From positions 3,474,001 through 3,538,000 of the forward strand of contig CM052818.1 in the NCBI GenBank assembly GCA_028534125.1: 64,000 nucleotides of DNA, written 5' to 3'. Positions within the stretch are counted from its first letter, which is position 1; the number at the start of each line of letters is the position of its first letter. This DNA comes from Lama glama. Its lineage: Eukaryota. Both the position numbers and the translations under genes were made by a program. The notes under the pieces are model-generated. The model had not been told where the DNA came from, made no database searches, and worked only from the letters and a program-made list of their open reading frames with translations. Shown here one piece after another: positions 49,058-63,830 of this stretch.

Positions 49058-49505
49058 CGTATTATTTTCTTAGGGCTGCTGTGACAAATGACCATAAACT
49101 GGGCGGCTGACAACAACAGAGTTTTATCTGCTCACAGTTTTGGAAGCCAGGAGCCTGAAACCAGAGTGTTGACAAGGCCACACTCCCTCTGAATGCTCTT
49201 CAGGGAAATCCCTCCTTGCCTCTTGCAGCCTCTGGTTGGCTCCAGGGTTCCTTAGCTTGTGGCTACATCACTCCGGTCTCTGCCCTTGTCTTCACATGAC
49301 CTCACCTCTTCTCTTTGTGTCTCTCCTGTGAGTGTCTTGGTCTGAAGACACTTGCCATTAGATTTAGCGCTTACCAGTAAAATCCAGGATGACCTCATTT
49401 TGAGATCCTTAACTTAATGACATCTGCAAAGACCGTTTTTCCCAAATAAGGTCACATTTACAGGTTTCTGGGGTTAGGACGTGGACTGCCGTTCAGCTCA
49501 CTACA
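49058..49505 (-). mobile_element. MaLR solo LTR (MLT1C-like)
   Basis: GTATT...AGGGCTGCTGTGACAAATGACCATAAACTGGG...CAAATAAGGTCACATTTACAGG...CTACA; perfect 5-bp TSD CGGGT at 49053-49057 and 49506-49510. Confidence 0.92.
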
Positions 49506-50874
49506 CGGGTGGAGGAGACAAGGTGCTGTGGGGAGTGGCCTGGCTGAAACCCTTGCCTGGGCACTTGCAATATTGCTGTCACCCTCCCTGGAAGCTCTTA
49601 GCTTGAAAGGCTAGCACCACAGGGAGAGGACTGTGGTGGCCTGACCAGGGCTGGCTTCACCAGAGATAGCTTACTAGGCCTCACCTCGCCCCTGTCCAGC
49701 GCGTGTCCCCACGTCTGTCTGCCTTCCAGGAGCCCTTCCTCGTCCCTCTCTCCTTCCTTGCCAGGTGTCTTCTCTCCAGTGCTTTGCTTTCCCTTGGTAT
49801 TATTCCCTCGTCTTCCATCATGGGCAGTAACTGAACCACAAGTATGTATTTTAGGAGCCTTGATGTTTATTAAGTAACTCTTGGTTACTTGTCTTCGGAG
49901 CTGACTCTGCAGATGGTGGTGCTGGAGCCTTCTAGTGACCTTCCCCCTTCCCAGGCTCTTGATCTTTGGCCATGTGATCTGGGATGTGATTCTGGGAGCT
50001 GTTGGGGCTGCACAAAGCGTGTGCCTTCACATGCTTGCATTTTCCCTGACAAGAGGACCTGTCTTGCAGGGGCCATCAGACTTGGGGAGAGGATAGGCCA
50101 CCTGAGAACCTTGAACCACCCAGTTTCGTTGGATTTTCTCCCTTTTCTCCCCAGATCTAGAGCTTGGGCTGTCATAAATGGTTAAATTACTTTGATAAAA
50201 TGAAAATCTCCCTTAAGGATAATAATACTTCTGAAGGACCAGAAGCCTAGCCAGCACTTCTCCAGATAACACTTTATCGTTTTGCCAATGGTTTTGTCAG
50301 TCTTAGAGTTGACATTATAGGTAGGGTCGCGGATAGAAGGGCTCTGGAATCTCTGCCGAGCTTGGAGATTGTCATGGAGTTGCTTTTCACAAACTGGGTC
50401 ATATCTTCCACCTTGGTATGAATGTGCTAGTTCTTAGTTTTTCCCAGCAATGTCCCACCTCCTTGGGCAGCAGTGAGTCTTGCTGAGTAAAAATTATCCA
50501 GCATGTGGTTCAGCCCTAGAAGGGTTGAATGGTGAAGGGGGCATTAAGAGAACAGAAAGGACTTTATCAGTAAAATACCAAACAAAAATGATCGTGATTC
50601 AAAAATGCAATTACAGTCCTTTTCTGGTCAGACTCCTGGTAGTCGGCTGTGCCATCCCCACAGGCATCTTCATATTAACTTCAAGAGCTGACTTTTAGTG
50701 TTTACGTGATGAGTGCTTTACTGGAGTCGTCTAGTGTATCTCAGCAGCCCTATGAAGTAGGTATAGACAGTTACTACCTCCTTTTACATCTAAGAGAGAT
50801 TAAGCAACTTGCCAGAGGCCACAAAGTTATCTTATAGTGGGTGAAGGGACTGCTGGCCCTAAACCCAAGCCTTT

Positions 50875-51544
50875 TTGTTTTTTTTTCTTTTCCTGTTGTG
50901 GTAAAAAGTACATACTGTAAAATTTTTAACCACTTCTAAGTATACATACGATTCTGTGGCATTCGGTATATTTACATTGTTATACGATCATTACCACCAT
51001 CCAACCCCACAACTTTTTCATCTTCTCCAACTGAAACTCTGGACCCATTAAATCCTAACTTCCTATTTCCCTTCCTAGCTCCTGGCAACCACTGTTTACT
51101 TTCTGTCTCTATGAATTTGACTTCTCCTTTGTGTCCTTTTATCATTGGCTTATTTCACTTAGCATAATGTCTTCGAGGTTCAACAGGTTGTAGCAGGTGT
51201 CAGAATTTCCTTTTTAAAGCTGAATAATATTTAATTTTACTTGTATATACCACATTTCATTTATTCATTAATCTGTTGATGGACATTTGGCTTGCTTCTG
51301 CCTTTTGACTGTCGAGAAAAACTGCTGTGAAAATGGGTGTACAAATACCTGCGCAAGTCCCTGCTTTCAATTCTTGTGGGTAAATACTGAAAAGTGGGGT
51401 TGCTGAATCAGATAATAATTCTGTGTTTAATTTTTTGAGGACTCACCATACAATTTTCCATAGCAGCTGCACCATTTTGCATTCCCACCAGTAACGCACC
51501 AGAGTTCCAGTTTCTCCACTTGTTATGTTCTCCAATAGTTGTTA

Positions 51545-51576
<32 letters not shown>

Positions 51577-52796
51577 GTTTTAATGGCCATCCTCCTGAGT
51601 GTGAAGTGGTATATCATTGTGGTTTTGATTTGCATTTCCCAAATGACTAGTGATGTTGAACATCTTTTCATGAGCTTATTAGCTGTCTGTGTATCTTCTT
51701 TGGAGAGATGTCTATTCAAGCCCTTTTGTCCATTTTTAACTAGGGTTGGGCTTTTTTTGTTGTTGTTGTTGAATTGTAGGAGTACTTTATATATTCTGGA
51801 TTTTAACATGTTATCAGATATATGATTTACAAATATTTTCTCCCTTTCTTTGGGTTGCCTTTCTCATTCTGCTGATACATTTGGTACAAAAAAAAAGTCT
51901 TTAATTTTGATGTAGTCCTATTTATCTGTTTTTCCTTTTGTGCTTTTGGTGTCATATCCAAGAAATCTTTGCCAAATCCATTTGTCATGAAGCTTTTCCC
52001 CTACTATTCCTTCTAAGAGTTTCATAGGTTTTGCTCTTACGTTTAGATCTTTGTTCCATTTTGAGTTAATTTTTTGTATATGTTGTAAGATTAGGTAAAG
52101 GGTCCTCATTTTTTTGGCATGTGGATGCCAGTTTTCCCAACACCATCTGTTGAAAACACTGTCCTTTCCCCCTTGAATTGTCTTGACATCCTTGTTGAAA
52201 AATGATTTGACTGTATATGTGAGGGTTTATTTCTGGGCTCTCTGTTCTGTGCATTGGTTTGTATGTCTCTCTTTATGCCAGTACCACTCTGTTTTGATTA
52301 CCCTAATTTTGTAGTAAGTTTGAAATCAGAAAGTGTGAGACCGCCAACTTTTTGAAGATTATGTTGGCAACTCAGGGTCTCTGGAGATTTCATACGAATT
52401 TTAGAATGGGTTTTTCTATTTTATTGGGATTTCAATAGGGATTGCATTAAATCTGTAGTTTGCTTTGGGTAGCATTGACATCGTAACCCTTGGGTAACAT
52501 CGTAACAATATTAAGCCTTCCTAATCCACGTACATGGGTGTCTTTCCATTTATTTGTGTCTTCTCTAATTTCTTTGAGAATTATTTTGTACTGTAGCTTC
52601 CAGTGCATAAGTCTTACCCTCTAGGTTTAGTTTATTCCTAAGTATTTTATTCTTTTACATACTATCATAAATGGGATTGCTTTAATATATTTTTTGGATT
52701 GTTTATTATTAGTGTATAGAAATACACCTGATTTTTTGCATGTTGATTTTGTGTCCTGCAACTTGGCTGAATTAATTTGTTCCGACAGTTTTTTGT
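50875..52796 (-). mobile_element. L1 ORF2 3' part plus 3'UTR, antisense
   Basis: Minus peptides [38 protein letters not shown] and KINSKWNKDLNVRAK; degenerate TSD TAA(A/G)CCCAA(G/A)C. Confidence 0.93.
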
Positions 52797-54049
52797 TAAG
52801 CCCAAACTTTAACTTGCTGTACTTTTTCCTCTGTCCTGTACTTTAAAAATTAATCCCTGCCTCGTTTTTATCTTTTTAAACTTCTCCTCTGAGTTCTTGA
52901 GGATTTTAAGTTTTAATTTACTAATTTGACTTTCTATAGTCCTCAATTTAGCATTCCTTTTCTCCATTACTGTTTCAATCGGCATCCAAAGTTTTAATTT
53001 CCATTTAGTGTTCCCTGGTTTAGAAATCCCTTTTTAAATAACATGAGTATCAGAGTTATATTGATTCCTTAAGTCTTATTCTGAACAGAGTTTTGGGGTT
53101 ATCACCAGAGTCTCATGAGAGATGGATTCTTACAGAGACAACTGTATCTGTCTGACTTCTTCATATCCAAGTGAAGGAGCAAGGGGAAGTCGTAGGTTAA
53201 CCGAGCTTACACTCGGGCTGCCCGTGCCAGGGCCCAGCCTTTTGGTACCCCTCCCTCTGCCAGGCATGGTGGCCTGGGTGAGGGGTTAGGGAGATAGCGC
53301 CTGCCCAGGGCTCTGAGGGGGGCCCTTTGGCATGGGCCTCAGCCTATGTCATAGTATTAGTCCGTGTGCTGCCCTCTCCCCCTTGTGTGTTCTGCTGGTC
53401 CTATGCTTATTGCCAGAACACATTGCTTCTTTAGAGAAAAAAGAACCTAGCAGAAGTTCCTCAAAGTTCTGGGCAGTGGGGATGGCATCCTTCCTGGTCT
53501 TCAGCGCAGATGAAATTTTTTCTATTTTTATGTTCCTTTAGTTTATTTTAAAGGAAACTGGGAGCAGGAGACACCTGTCCTCCTGTTATCTTACCCAGAT
53601 GTCCTATAAGATAGAGGTTCTCTTAACTAATGCCACCTGATGACATTAAGTCCCCTCCCTGCCCCCCACCCCCAATTCCTCCTGAAGAGTCAAGCTGAGC
53701 CATCACTGCTAGTCTCTGCTGTCCCCAAGCGCCTGATGGTTCCCACCACTGGCCTGGTTGATTGGGTTGAAGAAAAGAGATCTTCTCCTGTATTATGACT
53801 CAGGGAAAAATCAATTTTTTTTAAAGAAGGAATTACACTAAATCAACCCATTTCTGAAATAAGTAAGTCTAATGTAGGAGGCTTTGATGACCCGTTGCCC
53901 CCTCTCGATGGCCATGTCCAGCAGGTTTTGTATCCTAGCTGGCAGTACTTGTTATCTGTACTTGATCAATTATTTTACTCCTGAGTGCTATTTTGTGGGC
54001 TTGTGGGAGTGGAGAAGAGTAGCCTCAAAACAAGGGAAAGGCAGACAGG

Positions 54050-54600
54050 TGGAAAAGGATAAAGCATTAAGGTGTCAACAGTAATCAAGGCGAACTCCTC
54101 CTTGCGTCCTACAAGGCACTGCATGACCTGCCCGCCTGCCCCAGCGCACACACAAGCCACCACCTCTCCGAGCTCAGTTCCTGACACTCACCAGCCATCC
54201 TGCTGGTCCTTGAATATGCTTGATGTGCTGCTGCCTGCTTTTCTCTCTGCTGTGGCCAGTCTTCCTCCAAACAGCCCCGTGGCACGCTCCCTCACCTCCT
54301 TTCTGATTCTGTTCAAATGTCACCATCTCAGGGACCAGTGCTTTTAAATTGTCCACCCTCCCCCTAACATACAGAACTCCCTGTCACCCTTATTGCTTTT
54401 TTTTTTCCCTCTCTATAGCACTTAACTCAGTCTAACTTACTTTTAAATATAAGTATGTATTTTATTTCTTATCTCCCTGCACTTGAACAAAAGGTCCACG
54501 AGGACAAGGGTTTTTACCAGTTTTGTTCACTGCTGTGTCCGTAGTACCTAGGAAAGTGCCTGGCATTTAGTAATCCCTCAGTGAGCTTTACTAAATGATC
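54050..54600 (+). mobile_element. L2 3' end
   Basis: CTCCCTCACCTCCTT...CAAATGTCACCATCTCAGGGA...TTTTGTTCACTGCTGTGTCC...AAAGTGCCTGGCATTTAGTA. Confidence 0.8.
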
Positions 54601-57600
54601 AGTGATTGGTGTCACTCAGCAGCAACAGAAGCATGGATGGTGGATGTCTGCTGTAGGTCACTGAGTCTTAAAACTGTTTTCAAGGGATCTGCAGATTTTC
54701 ACAGTTCAATCCTTCCTTCAAGAAGTTTCTGTTGTGTATCTTCAGTGAGCCAGGTGCTGAGGTGCCAGCTCATAAGCCCCTTATGAGCATATCTATTTTT
54801 GCATCTCCAGCATGAAGTGCAGCCTAGTGACAGGTAGCACGAGGAAGGATTTGTGAAAGGCTGTTGAACCAAGCCACTGGGGCTTGTGAAGACAGAAGTG
54901 AATAATGCATATCCCTTGTTCAGTTGGATCGTGGTCAAATAGAGAAAACGTGGGCACATAACCATTCTGTGATCTGACTGCTGTAAGAAAGGGATCGCAG
55001 AGGAGGGAGAAACAAATTGCCTGGGGATATTAGAGGTCAGGAAGAGCTTTTTATAAATACGACGTCTGAGCTCAGCCTTTGGAGATGGTTTTTCTGAGTG
55101 GAAAAACCAGGGAGGGAATATAATAATCATGGGAACAAGCGCAAGTAAAGATAAAAAGGCGAGAAAAGTGCAAAGCGTGATCCTAGTGCAGTGAGTTGTC
55201 TCGTATTGTTGCCATGGTGAGTTCATGGGGGTAGAAGTGAGGAATGGGCCGGAGCAGTCAACACAGACAATATCACAAAGGCCCTGAATGTCATGCTGAG
55301 ACCTGTGAACTTTATTCTGTTGTCAGTGGGACACTGTTAAACGTAAATGTTATCTATCTGTCTGTCTGTCTGTCTGTCTATCTGTCTATCTGAATCATTT
55401 TGCTGTACACTTGAAACTAACACAACATTGTAAATCAGCTACACTTCAATTTTAAAAAATTGTTGATGTGTTTGGACAGAGAGGGAAGAATCTGGGATGA
55501 CTGAGGTTTTAGGCTTGACTCTGTTGGCCAAAATTTGGAATCTAGGAGAAAGATTTTGGCCGTAATGTTAGGTTCCAGGTATCTGAAAAGCCCAATGCGG
55601 TAGCCTGGTGTGTGGTTGGTGTGTGGAGTTCAGGAAAGGCAGAGCCTAGAGGTAGAAAAGTGTTGCTGCATCCAGACTGGACCATCTGCCCCTTCCTCAG
55701 TCATCCACCCCAGCATGCATTTTAAGTCTGTGCCTTGGTCTGGAATGTCCTCCTCTTCCTTCTCCTTGTAGTGAAATCCCACTCCTGTCAATGTCTATTT
55801 CAGAATAGAGGTGATGGCTGGAACTTGGCTTATATGTGAATTTTGTCCATGGGTATTGCAGTAAGGCAAGGAGTGAAGGAGGTGAATTAGCAAACTGTAC
55901 TTGGAGGTGGTAAGCCCTGGGGAAGGAGACAGAGAGTAAAAGAGATGAGAAAGTAGAGAAGTCAAAGGGAAGTTGGTCACTCAACCATAGCAGAACTGAC
56001 CAACCAGAATTAGACTAGCAGGAGAAGAAAGAGGCCATGATCTAAACTGTAGAAGTTCGTGGCTACAGAAGCTGAGCATTCAGTTTAAGTCCACCCAGAG
56101 CTCCGTCTCATATACAGAGCTGCCTGACATTGGGTGGTGCCTTGCCAGCCTGATTAATTTTTAATATCTGATTCTCTGGTGAAGTGGCTGGGCATTGAAG
56201 GCATCAAAGGCAGCTTTTGTTTTTATGAAGATGGTCAAAATAATACTGGGGAGTCGGGTTACTGTAACCTTGAGCTCTGGTTGTTCTGGAGGGATGACAT
56301 CAGACTCTTTAACTTCCCCAGTTTCGGAAGGCTCTTTGCCTTTTGCAGGGCAAGTTATTTGTAGTTGGGAGTGGGTATGCTTCTGTTGGTTTCTGTGCCC
56401 TTTATTATTGGAAAATGCCTCAGTTTCCGGCCAGATAGAAAACAGCATTGGTGAATGGGGCTCCCACTTTCCTGCCTGCTTCCTCTTCTGTCCATCACTT
56501 GAATGACGTCTGTGGTCTGAGTCCTGAAAAACTATTGCCAACCCCTGAAACACCAGAGAATTTAAACACAAATGAACGCTGAATAATACTTTTTATACCG
56601 TATAGTCCCCAAAGCAGATGACAATGATAATGATAAGATTTTAGCTTGGGTTCTTCTGCACAAGATCTCCTGAATTCTTTTAATTTCCCCATCTTTAGTT
56701 TAAAAATGTATACTTAAGTTGTCCTTTCTTTTAATGTCTTTTATATTTCATCCTCGTGTCTTTCTACACAGAATCCATTGATAACTGAGGATGGGTAGTA
56801 TCTGAGTGGCGAGGGGAGCTTCTCTATATGTAGTGAGAACTTCTTTGAAGTGACTCACAGGTCAGTTTGCTACCTTCTGGATTGATGGTGACTTGTTAGG
56901 CATAAAAGGGGGAAGATAATAGGAAGGGAGAGTCTACCGTGGATCCATTTTATCAGTGTGTGCTTTTCGAGAGCCCTCAGTTCCCTTAGAGTAACTGGTG
57001 GGGACAGAGCCCTCCTTTTGTTCCCAGAATGGGGTTTTCTCTCTCTCTTTTTTTTTCTACTCTCTGGCTTGCTATCTATCTACCTAGAATATGCTTTCAC
57101 AAACCGGAAAGCCTCCACATTACCATTGACTATTCAGGGAGCACTCTACTCTACCCACTTTTGCATTATTTGAAACATTTCACAATAATTCCAATTACCT
57201 TTTTATAATCAGAAAAGTTATAAATATCCCACTGGAAAAAATAAACACCTAAAAACCAGGAAAAGGTGTTCAGCTATTGAAAATATGTCTTTACTGAATT
57301 TATAATGTTTTTTCCTATTTTGACTTCCACAACTGATGAATTATTTTACTCGGTTTCTTCATATTCATCCATTCAGCCATCCTTGCCTTTCTGAGCTAAC
57401 TTGATTTTGTAGTGGTCTAGTGTTCTTTTAATGTACTGTTAGAGTCCATTTGCTAATATTTTATTGAATGTCTCTACATCTTTATTTATAAATGAATTAA
57501 TCTGTACTTTTCTTTTTTTCCTGTATTAAATGCCAGAATTTTGTTAGGGCTGTACTTCTTACTCCATAAAATTACTTACTTTCTCTTGGAAAATAAGTAC

Positions 57601-57819
57601 GGAAGCCTTCCCTGTTTTTGGTTTCTTAAAATTTTGACATAATAAATACCATTTATTGTGAGCTTAGTTTGTGTGAAGCTCAGTGATTAGAACCCGGATC
57701 TGCGTAGCTCCAAGGTCCGTCCTTACCATTGCAACCCACATCACAGGAGAAAGGCTAGTCTTAGAACTCTAGGTCTCCATGGTTAAAAGGCTGGTCTTTA
57801 ACTCATCTTGTCTTTTTTT

Positions 57820-58610
57820 TTTTTTAACACTTTAAATTTTGAAATAATTCAGTTACAGAAACAGTTCAGAAATAGTATAAACATTCCTGTAAACCCTTTA
57901 CCCAGGTTCACCAAAGGCCAACATTTTGCTATGTTTGCTTTTCATTCTATCTATGTACACTTTTTTTTTCCTGAACTATTTGGCAGTTACAGATATAATG
58001 TCCCTTTTCCTCTAAGTACTTCAAATGTGTATTTCTTAAAAAAAACTCAAAATCACTGTACGGGTATCAAATTCAGGGGATTAACTTTGATATAATACTG
58101 TTAGGTATTTATTCAGATTTTACCAATTGTCCCACCAGTGTCCTTTATAGCAGAAGGAAAACATTTTTTCCCAGTCTAGGATCTAATCCAGGATCAAACA
58201 TTGTATTTAGTTGTCATGTCTCTTAAATCTCCTTTAATCTGCAATAGCTTCTTAATCTTGCTCTGTCTTCCATGACCTTGACATATTAAAAGAGTACAGA
58301 CCAGTTCCTTTTTGTAGGAAGTCCCTTAATGTAGTGAATCTGATTTTCTGCTTAGGTACAGGTCATGTGTTTTGGGCTGGAATATCACGTGATGTTGTGT
58401 CCTCCTCAGTGCATCGTATCAAGAGGCACGTGATCCCTATTGGTCCAGACACTGGTGATTAATCACCTGGTTAAATGGTACCTGCCAGGCTTCTACACTG
58501 TAAAGTTACTGTTTTTTACTTTGTAATTAGTAAGTATTTTGTGGGAAAATACTTTGAGACTATAAATATCCTGTTTCTTATCAAACTTTCGCTCACTAAT
58601 TTTAGCATGC
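57820..58610 (-). mobile_element. L1MC-like 3'UTR, antisense
   Basis: TTTTGAAATAATT...CCCTTTACCCAG...ATCCAGGATCAAACATTGTATTTAGTTGTCATGTCTC...GAAAATACTTTGAGACT. Confidence 0.75.
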
Positions 58611-61600
58611 ATCATATCTTTTGAGGCAACAAGCAAGGATGCTCAAAGTGAATACAAATTTTTGCTCCCCTTAGAGCTAAAGTGAAGCCAAGAGAAAGTG
58701 AGACATTCAGTCTGTTAGGCAGATCAGTCATATTTAAAAAAAAAAAAAAAACCACTGCCTAGTCTTTGAGTTTGTTTTAACATATGCTAGTTTAACTTTA
58801 GTCACACTCTTGAGAATAGTGATTGGCTGTAACCTGTAACCTTTTGGCTTCTGGTTTGGTCACCCAGGGCCCAAGATCCATCCAACCAGTTTATTCTGGT
58901 CACAAGTGCCCTTTGGGTCTTTGGCTTAGGCTCTGTTTTGTCATTGACCCCTTATCTCGGCTTCTGATTAAGGTGCTGTCAGTTGGAGGCCAGAGTAAAC
59001 TGGCTCTATGTTGAATCACTTGTGAACAAACATTGCTTCTGGCTACCAGGCCCATCTAATCAGACAGTGGTCTCCTGAGGCCCAGGCATGTATCCTGTGC
59101 TACATTTGTATGAGTCACAGAAGCCGGCTTTTGTATGTTAGAGTCCAAAACAATGCATAATATGAAGAACTTTTTAAAATACCAGGTGCTACCAGGTGAC
59201 TGTATATATAGTCAATTGCAGGTTTTTCCAACTAGATGCTATCGAAGTTAAAGAAAGGAAAAATGAGTGAAGCAAAAAAAAAATAAATAAATCAAGGAAG
59301 ACTTTTTGGGGAAAAGGATCCTTCAATGACAGATTGGTAGGGATGTTGTGAGAAGAGGCACCCAGGTAAGAACCTGCAGTCTCTGCACATCCTTTCTAGT
59401 AAATGTCTCAACCAGAAGCTGAGAGTAGCAGGGTGAGGCAGAATGGTGGGACTTCCCTTTGGACAACTTCTAGCCCCCGGAACAGTAGCTAAGCTGCCTG
59501 CTAGTTGTCTCTATGCTAGTTTCCAGGCGTTCATAATAGCCATGTCTCAGCTTCTGACCTCTGGTTACAGTGCCTTCCAGTTTTTTAATTGAACTAGAGG
59601 TTAGATGGCAAACTGGAACCAAGAAAGTTGGTCTCTGAGTCAGTATTGGTACAGGGAAGCTGCCCTCCCTTCCCCCCTTACTCAGCAAGTTAACTTACCC
59701 TTTTTTAGAGCACAGTTTCTCAACCTTTCTAAGTTTCTGACCTCACCAGCATCCTTTTGCAGAAAGCTGATGACTTCTGTTCACGAGATGGCAGGGAAGT
59801 GAGATGCAATAGTAATTAGACATGGTAACTTCCCACTTATTCAGCACGTTCCTGGTGGCGGTAAGTCTGAAAATGTAGCTCTCTGCTACGGTGTCACCGT
59901 ACGCTTCTGTCATGTTGTTAAATATAAAACACTGCATTTGAAATCAGTTATTTTGAAATACATTCATTCATAAGCACATGAGTAAAGTCAGGTTTATCTC
60001 CACAAGAACCTGTCTCTCTCTCAGATTTTGACTTTTCTTGAGTGCCATGGGCATGGTGTAGAGGTACAGCTCTTACCCCTTAGAAGTTAAGACACAGCCT
60101 ACGGTATGCTCGTACTTGAACTCGTTCTTGTGTGAGCCCCCTCAATGTCCATGGGTGTATGTCTTATTTGTGAACATCACTGAGCATGTGTGTCATGATA
60201 GAGGGTAGTTGGATGGCTTGAACAGATTGGACTTTAGAAATATACCACTGCCCCACCTCCCTTTCCCAAAGAAAACTTTTTGGCTGGGAGAAATCTCACA
60301 AAAAAGCCCACTTTAATTTGTATTTAGACACTGTGAGCTCCCACCGTCTTTTTATTCTTTCCCTTTTATTTTTTTAATTGAGTTCCTTACACTTTTGGTT
60401 TACTACTCATTTATAAAGCAATAAATTAAAATGGAGAAAGACACCATCCTGACAATTGTGAGAGATGACAGGAGCCACTGAATAAAAGACAAACACATGA
60501 AAGCTGATGGAAGAGTTAAAAACGTAGTATCCGAAGCTGCTTAGTGAGTGAGGGCAGTAGCACTGCGCACGCCAGGAGCTTGGGAGGGCATCTCAGTGCT
60601 GAGTAAGGACCAGGTAGTTAATATTTGTAATAATTTCTCCAGTTAACAGTAAAAGGCAGAATTTTACCTAGTATACAATTTGGGAAACATTGAGATATAA
60701 GTAATAGCTTATCTTGAAAACTTTTACTACAACTAATTCACATTCAGAAATGAAAGAAAAAATATAAAAACAGCCCATATCTTAGGACCCATAGATTTAA
60801 CTATTCTTAGCATGTTAGTGTTTGACTCTCTAGCCTTTTCCTACATATAAATAGAAATATATATTTCTAAATGTAATATATGTTCTATATACCTCTATAT
60901 TCTATGTAATATATACTATAACATATACTTTATATTATATGATATATATTTATGCCAAATTTGTGTTTGAGAACATGAAGCCTGCTTTTTCTCTTCTTTT
61001 TTTCAATTAAAAAAATTGTAACAAAAAAAGTGTAATAAAATTTACCCTCTTAACTGCTTTTAAGTGTACAGTTCAATAGTCTTTACTATATTCGCACTGT
61101 GAAGGCTGCTTTTTTTTATTCAGCAATATAGTGTGAATAAATTCCTGTATGAGTATAGGTGTTTATTTTTGAGGGTGCACAGATATACCATATTCTAGTT
61201 TATCAGTTCCCTGTTGTTGGATATATAGGTTTCCAGTTTTGGTTATTATTAACACTGCATAAAGCATCTTTAAATATACATACCTCCACATTTCATGCGG
61301 TTAAAGTTCCAGGGGAGTTGCTTGACTAAGGGTTGTGTGCTTTCTACAGGCTTCTGATGTATATCATCAAATTGTACTTTCATCTCCGTATTTAAGTGCC
61401 ACTGTATTCTGGCTAGTGTTTGATGTTATATCTTTTAAATCAATATTTATGTAATTCAATCTTTAATGCAAAAAATGCAAACAGCAGTAAAAGCTAAAGG
61501 CAATGAGAAAAAATGCATTTTAGAGAACGTGATGCATGAGAAGATTATGGTTTATAAACTAGCAAAGTATTGGTTCTTTACAAGAAGAACTTTACACATG

Positions 61601-62324
61601 AACTATTCAGTGCGCAAGAGTGGTAACCTTGTCTTAAGACATCTGTTCATGGGGTATACAAAATCTAAATCAGTCCTCATAATTTGAAGAAGAGGTGTTA
61701 AATGAATCTTGACTCTCATAACCCAAATGTGTGAATCTCAGGATAGGACTGTACTGATTTTTGTGTAACTTTTTTATGGTAAAACTTTTGTTCAGTTGTC
61801 TTTAACATTTTTTGTGAGTTTTGTTTACCACACAGACATTTCAAATTTTAATGAAGGAAAATCAGTAAAATTTTTGGTTATTCCTTTCATGCTATATTTG
61901 TGGAAAACCTTCCCTGCCTTAATTTTCCTTTAGTAGTTTTATAGCTTTCGTTTTTCCATTTAAATCAGAAATTGCAAACATTTTCATCTAATAGGCTGCA
62001 TTCCACTTGCTAGAAGAGGTGGGGTTTTTTATTGTGTTTTCCCCAGGATGATGTTTTTAAAAGTTGGAATTTAAATGCCTTTCAGGAAAGGCATATGTCC
62101 TCTAATTTGCCTCATTCATCACAACTCCCAGTTGTCTCATGTCTCGCATATTTAGATTTGAATATTTTATTTTACCTACATGATCCTTATGGGCATTTGA
62201 GTTTGTGACCCCTAATTAGTCACCCTAGAGGTTATTTTGGTATTTGGGTGACAGAAGGAATTGACTTGAATTTTTTTCCCTAGATGACTAGTTAGCAGGA
62301 CCGACGATTTTTATTAGATAATTG

Positions 62325-62790
62325 TAGGCAGACCTTGGAGATACTGCAGGTTCTGTTCCAGACCACCACAATAAAGCAAATATTGCCATAAAGCGAGCCA
62401 CACACAAGTTATGTTTATACTATACTATAGTCTGTTGAGTGTGCAATAGCATTATGTCTAAAAAAAAGAACTCGATTAATTAAAAAATTAAAAATTAAAT
62501 TAATTAAATTATACTCGATTGCTAAGAAGTGCTAACCATCATATGAGCCTTCAAGTGAATCACAGTAGTAGCATCAAGTAACACTGATCACAGAACACCA
62601 TAATAAATACAATAATGGAAAAGTATGAAATATTGCAAGAATTACAAAAATGTGACTTAGACACACGAAGTGAGCAAACGCTGCTGGAAAAATGGTGCAG
62701 ATAGACTTGCTTGATGCAGAGTTGCCACAAACCTTCAATTTTTTAAAAAAAATGCAATATATTTGCGAAGCACAGAAGAAGTGAAATACA
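62325..62790 (-). mobile_element. Tigger1 internal-deletion derivative
   Basis: Both Tigger1 end regions present: AGGCAGACCTTGGAGATACTGCAGGTTCTGTTCCAGACCACC and GGAAAAATGGTGCAGATAGACTTGCTTGATGCAGAGTTGCCACAAACCTTCAATTT. Confidence 0.85.
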
Positions 62791-63059
62791 CTCATATATA
62801 TTGAATTCTTACATGTTCTTTAGGTCTTTTGATTTCTCTTTGTTCTTGTAACAAAAACATTTCATGGTTTTATATCTAAATTCTATGTTTTAAAATGTCG
62901 TCGTCTGGCAGGACCAGCTTCTTTGTCATCCCCTCAAACCCCCCTCCCCCATCTCGACTGCTCCAGTATTCCAGTGCATCTTTTTCCCCCTGGATGAAAT
63001 TTGTAATAATTTCATCCCAAAAGAAAAACAACCTATTGGAATTTTAGTGACATGTTATG

Positions 63060-63830
63060 TTCTCATTTTCATCCAATTCGAAATGCTTTCTAATTGCCCT
63101 TTTGATTTTGCATTTGACCCCTGGGTTATTTAGAAGTATTTTATTTAGTTTCCAAATATGTGCAGATTTCCCCAGGGATCTTTCTGTTACTGGTTTCTAA
63201 TTTAGTTCCATTTAAGAGCATTATAGTCAGAGAACATACTTTGTTTTAAATCCTTTTTAAGTTTATTCAGAATTGTTTGATGGCTTGGAATATGACATGT
63301 CTTGGTCTTCTGTGGGCACTTGAAAAGAATGTATTATGCTGATGTTAGCTGGAGTGTCTGGAAATGTCAGTTAGGTAAGGTTGGTTGGTAGTGTTCAGGT
63401 CTTCTATGTCCTTATTGATTTTCTGTTTACTTGTTCTGTCAATTATTGAGAAAGGGGTATTAAAGTCTTCAACTATTATTATAGGTTTGTCCATTTCTCC
63501 TTGCAGTTCTATCAGTTTTTGCTTCGTGTATTTTGAAGCTGTCATTAGATATGTAGACCGTTGAGACTGTTCTGTCCTCTTGATGACTTGACCCCTTTAG
63601 TATTATGAAATGACCCTGTAATAGTCTTCACTCTGAAATCTACTTTGTCTGTTATTAATACAGTCACTCTGACTTTCTTTTGATTAGCATTAGCATGACA
63701 TATTTTCTTCATTTTCTTACTTTAACCTATTTTTATCTTTACATTTAAAGTGGCTTTCTTACAGACAGCATATAAGTTGGATCTTTATTTTTCATCCAGT
63801 CTGACATTCTCTGCATTTTAATTGGGGTGT
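63060..63830 (-). mobile_element. L1 ORF2 endonuclease fragment, antisense
   Basis: Minus peptide ASKYTKQKLIELQGEMDKPIIIVEDFNTPFSIIDRTSKQKINKDIEDLN. Confidence 0.9.

Noticed and set aside
54699..56571. 175-aa, 136-aa and 103-aa intronic ORFs
   Set aside because: No recognisable family or exon structure; they lie in or near repeat-like sequence.
59840..59860. REST/RE1-like site (TTCAGCAC...)
   Set aside because: Only the left half-site; the GGACAG half is absent.
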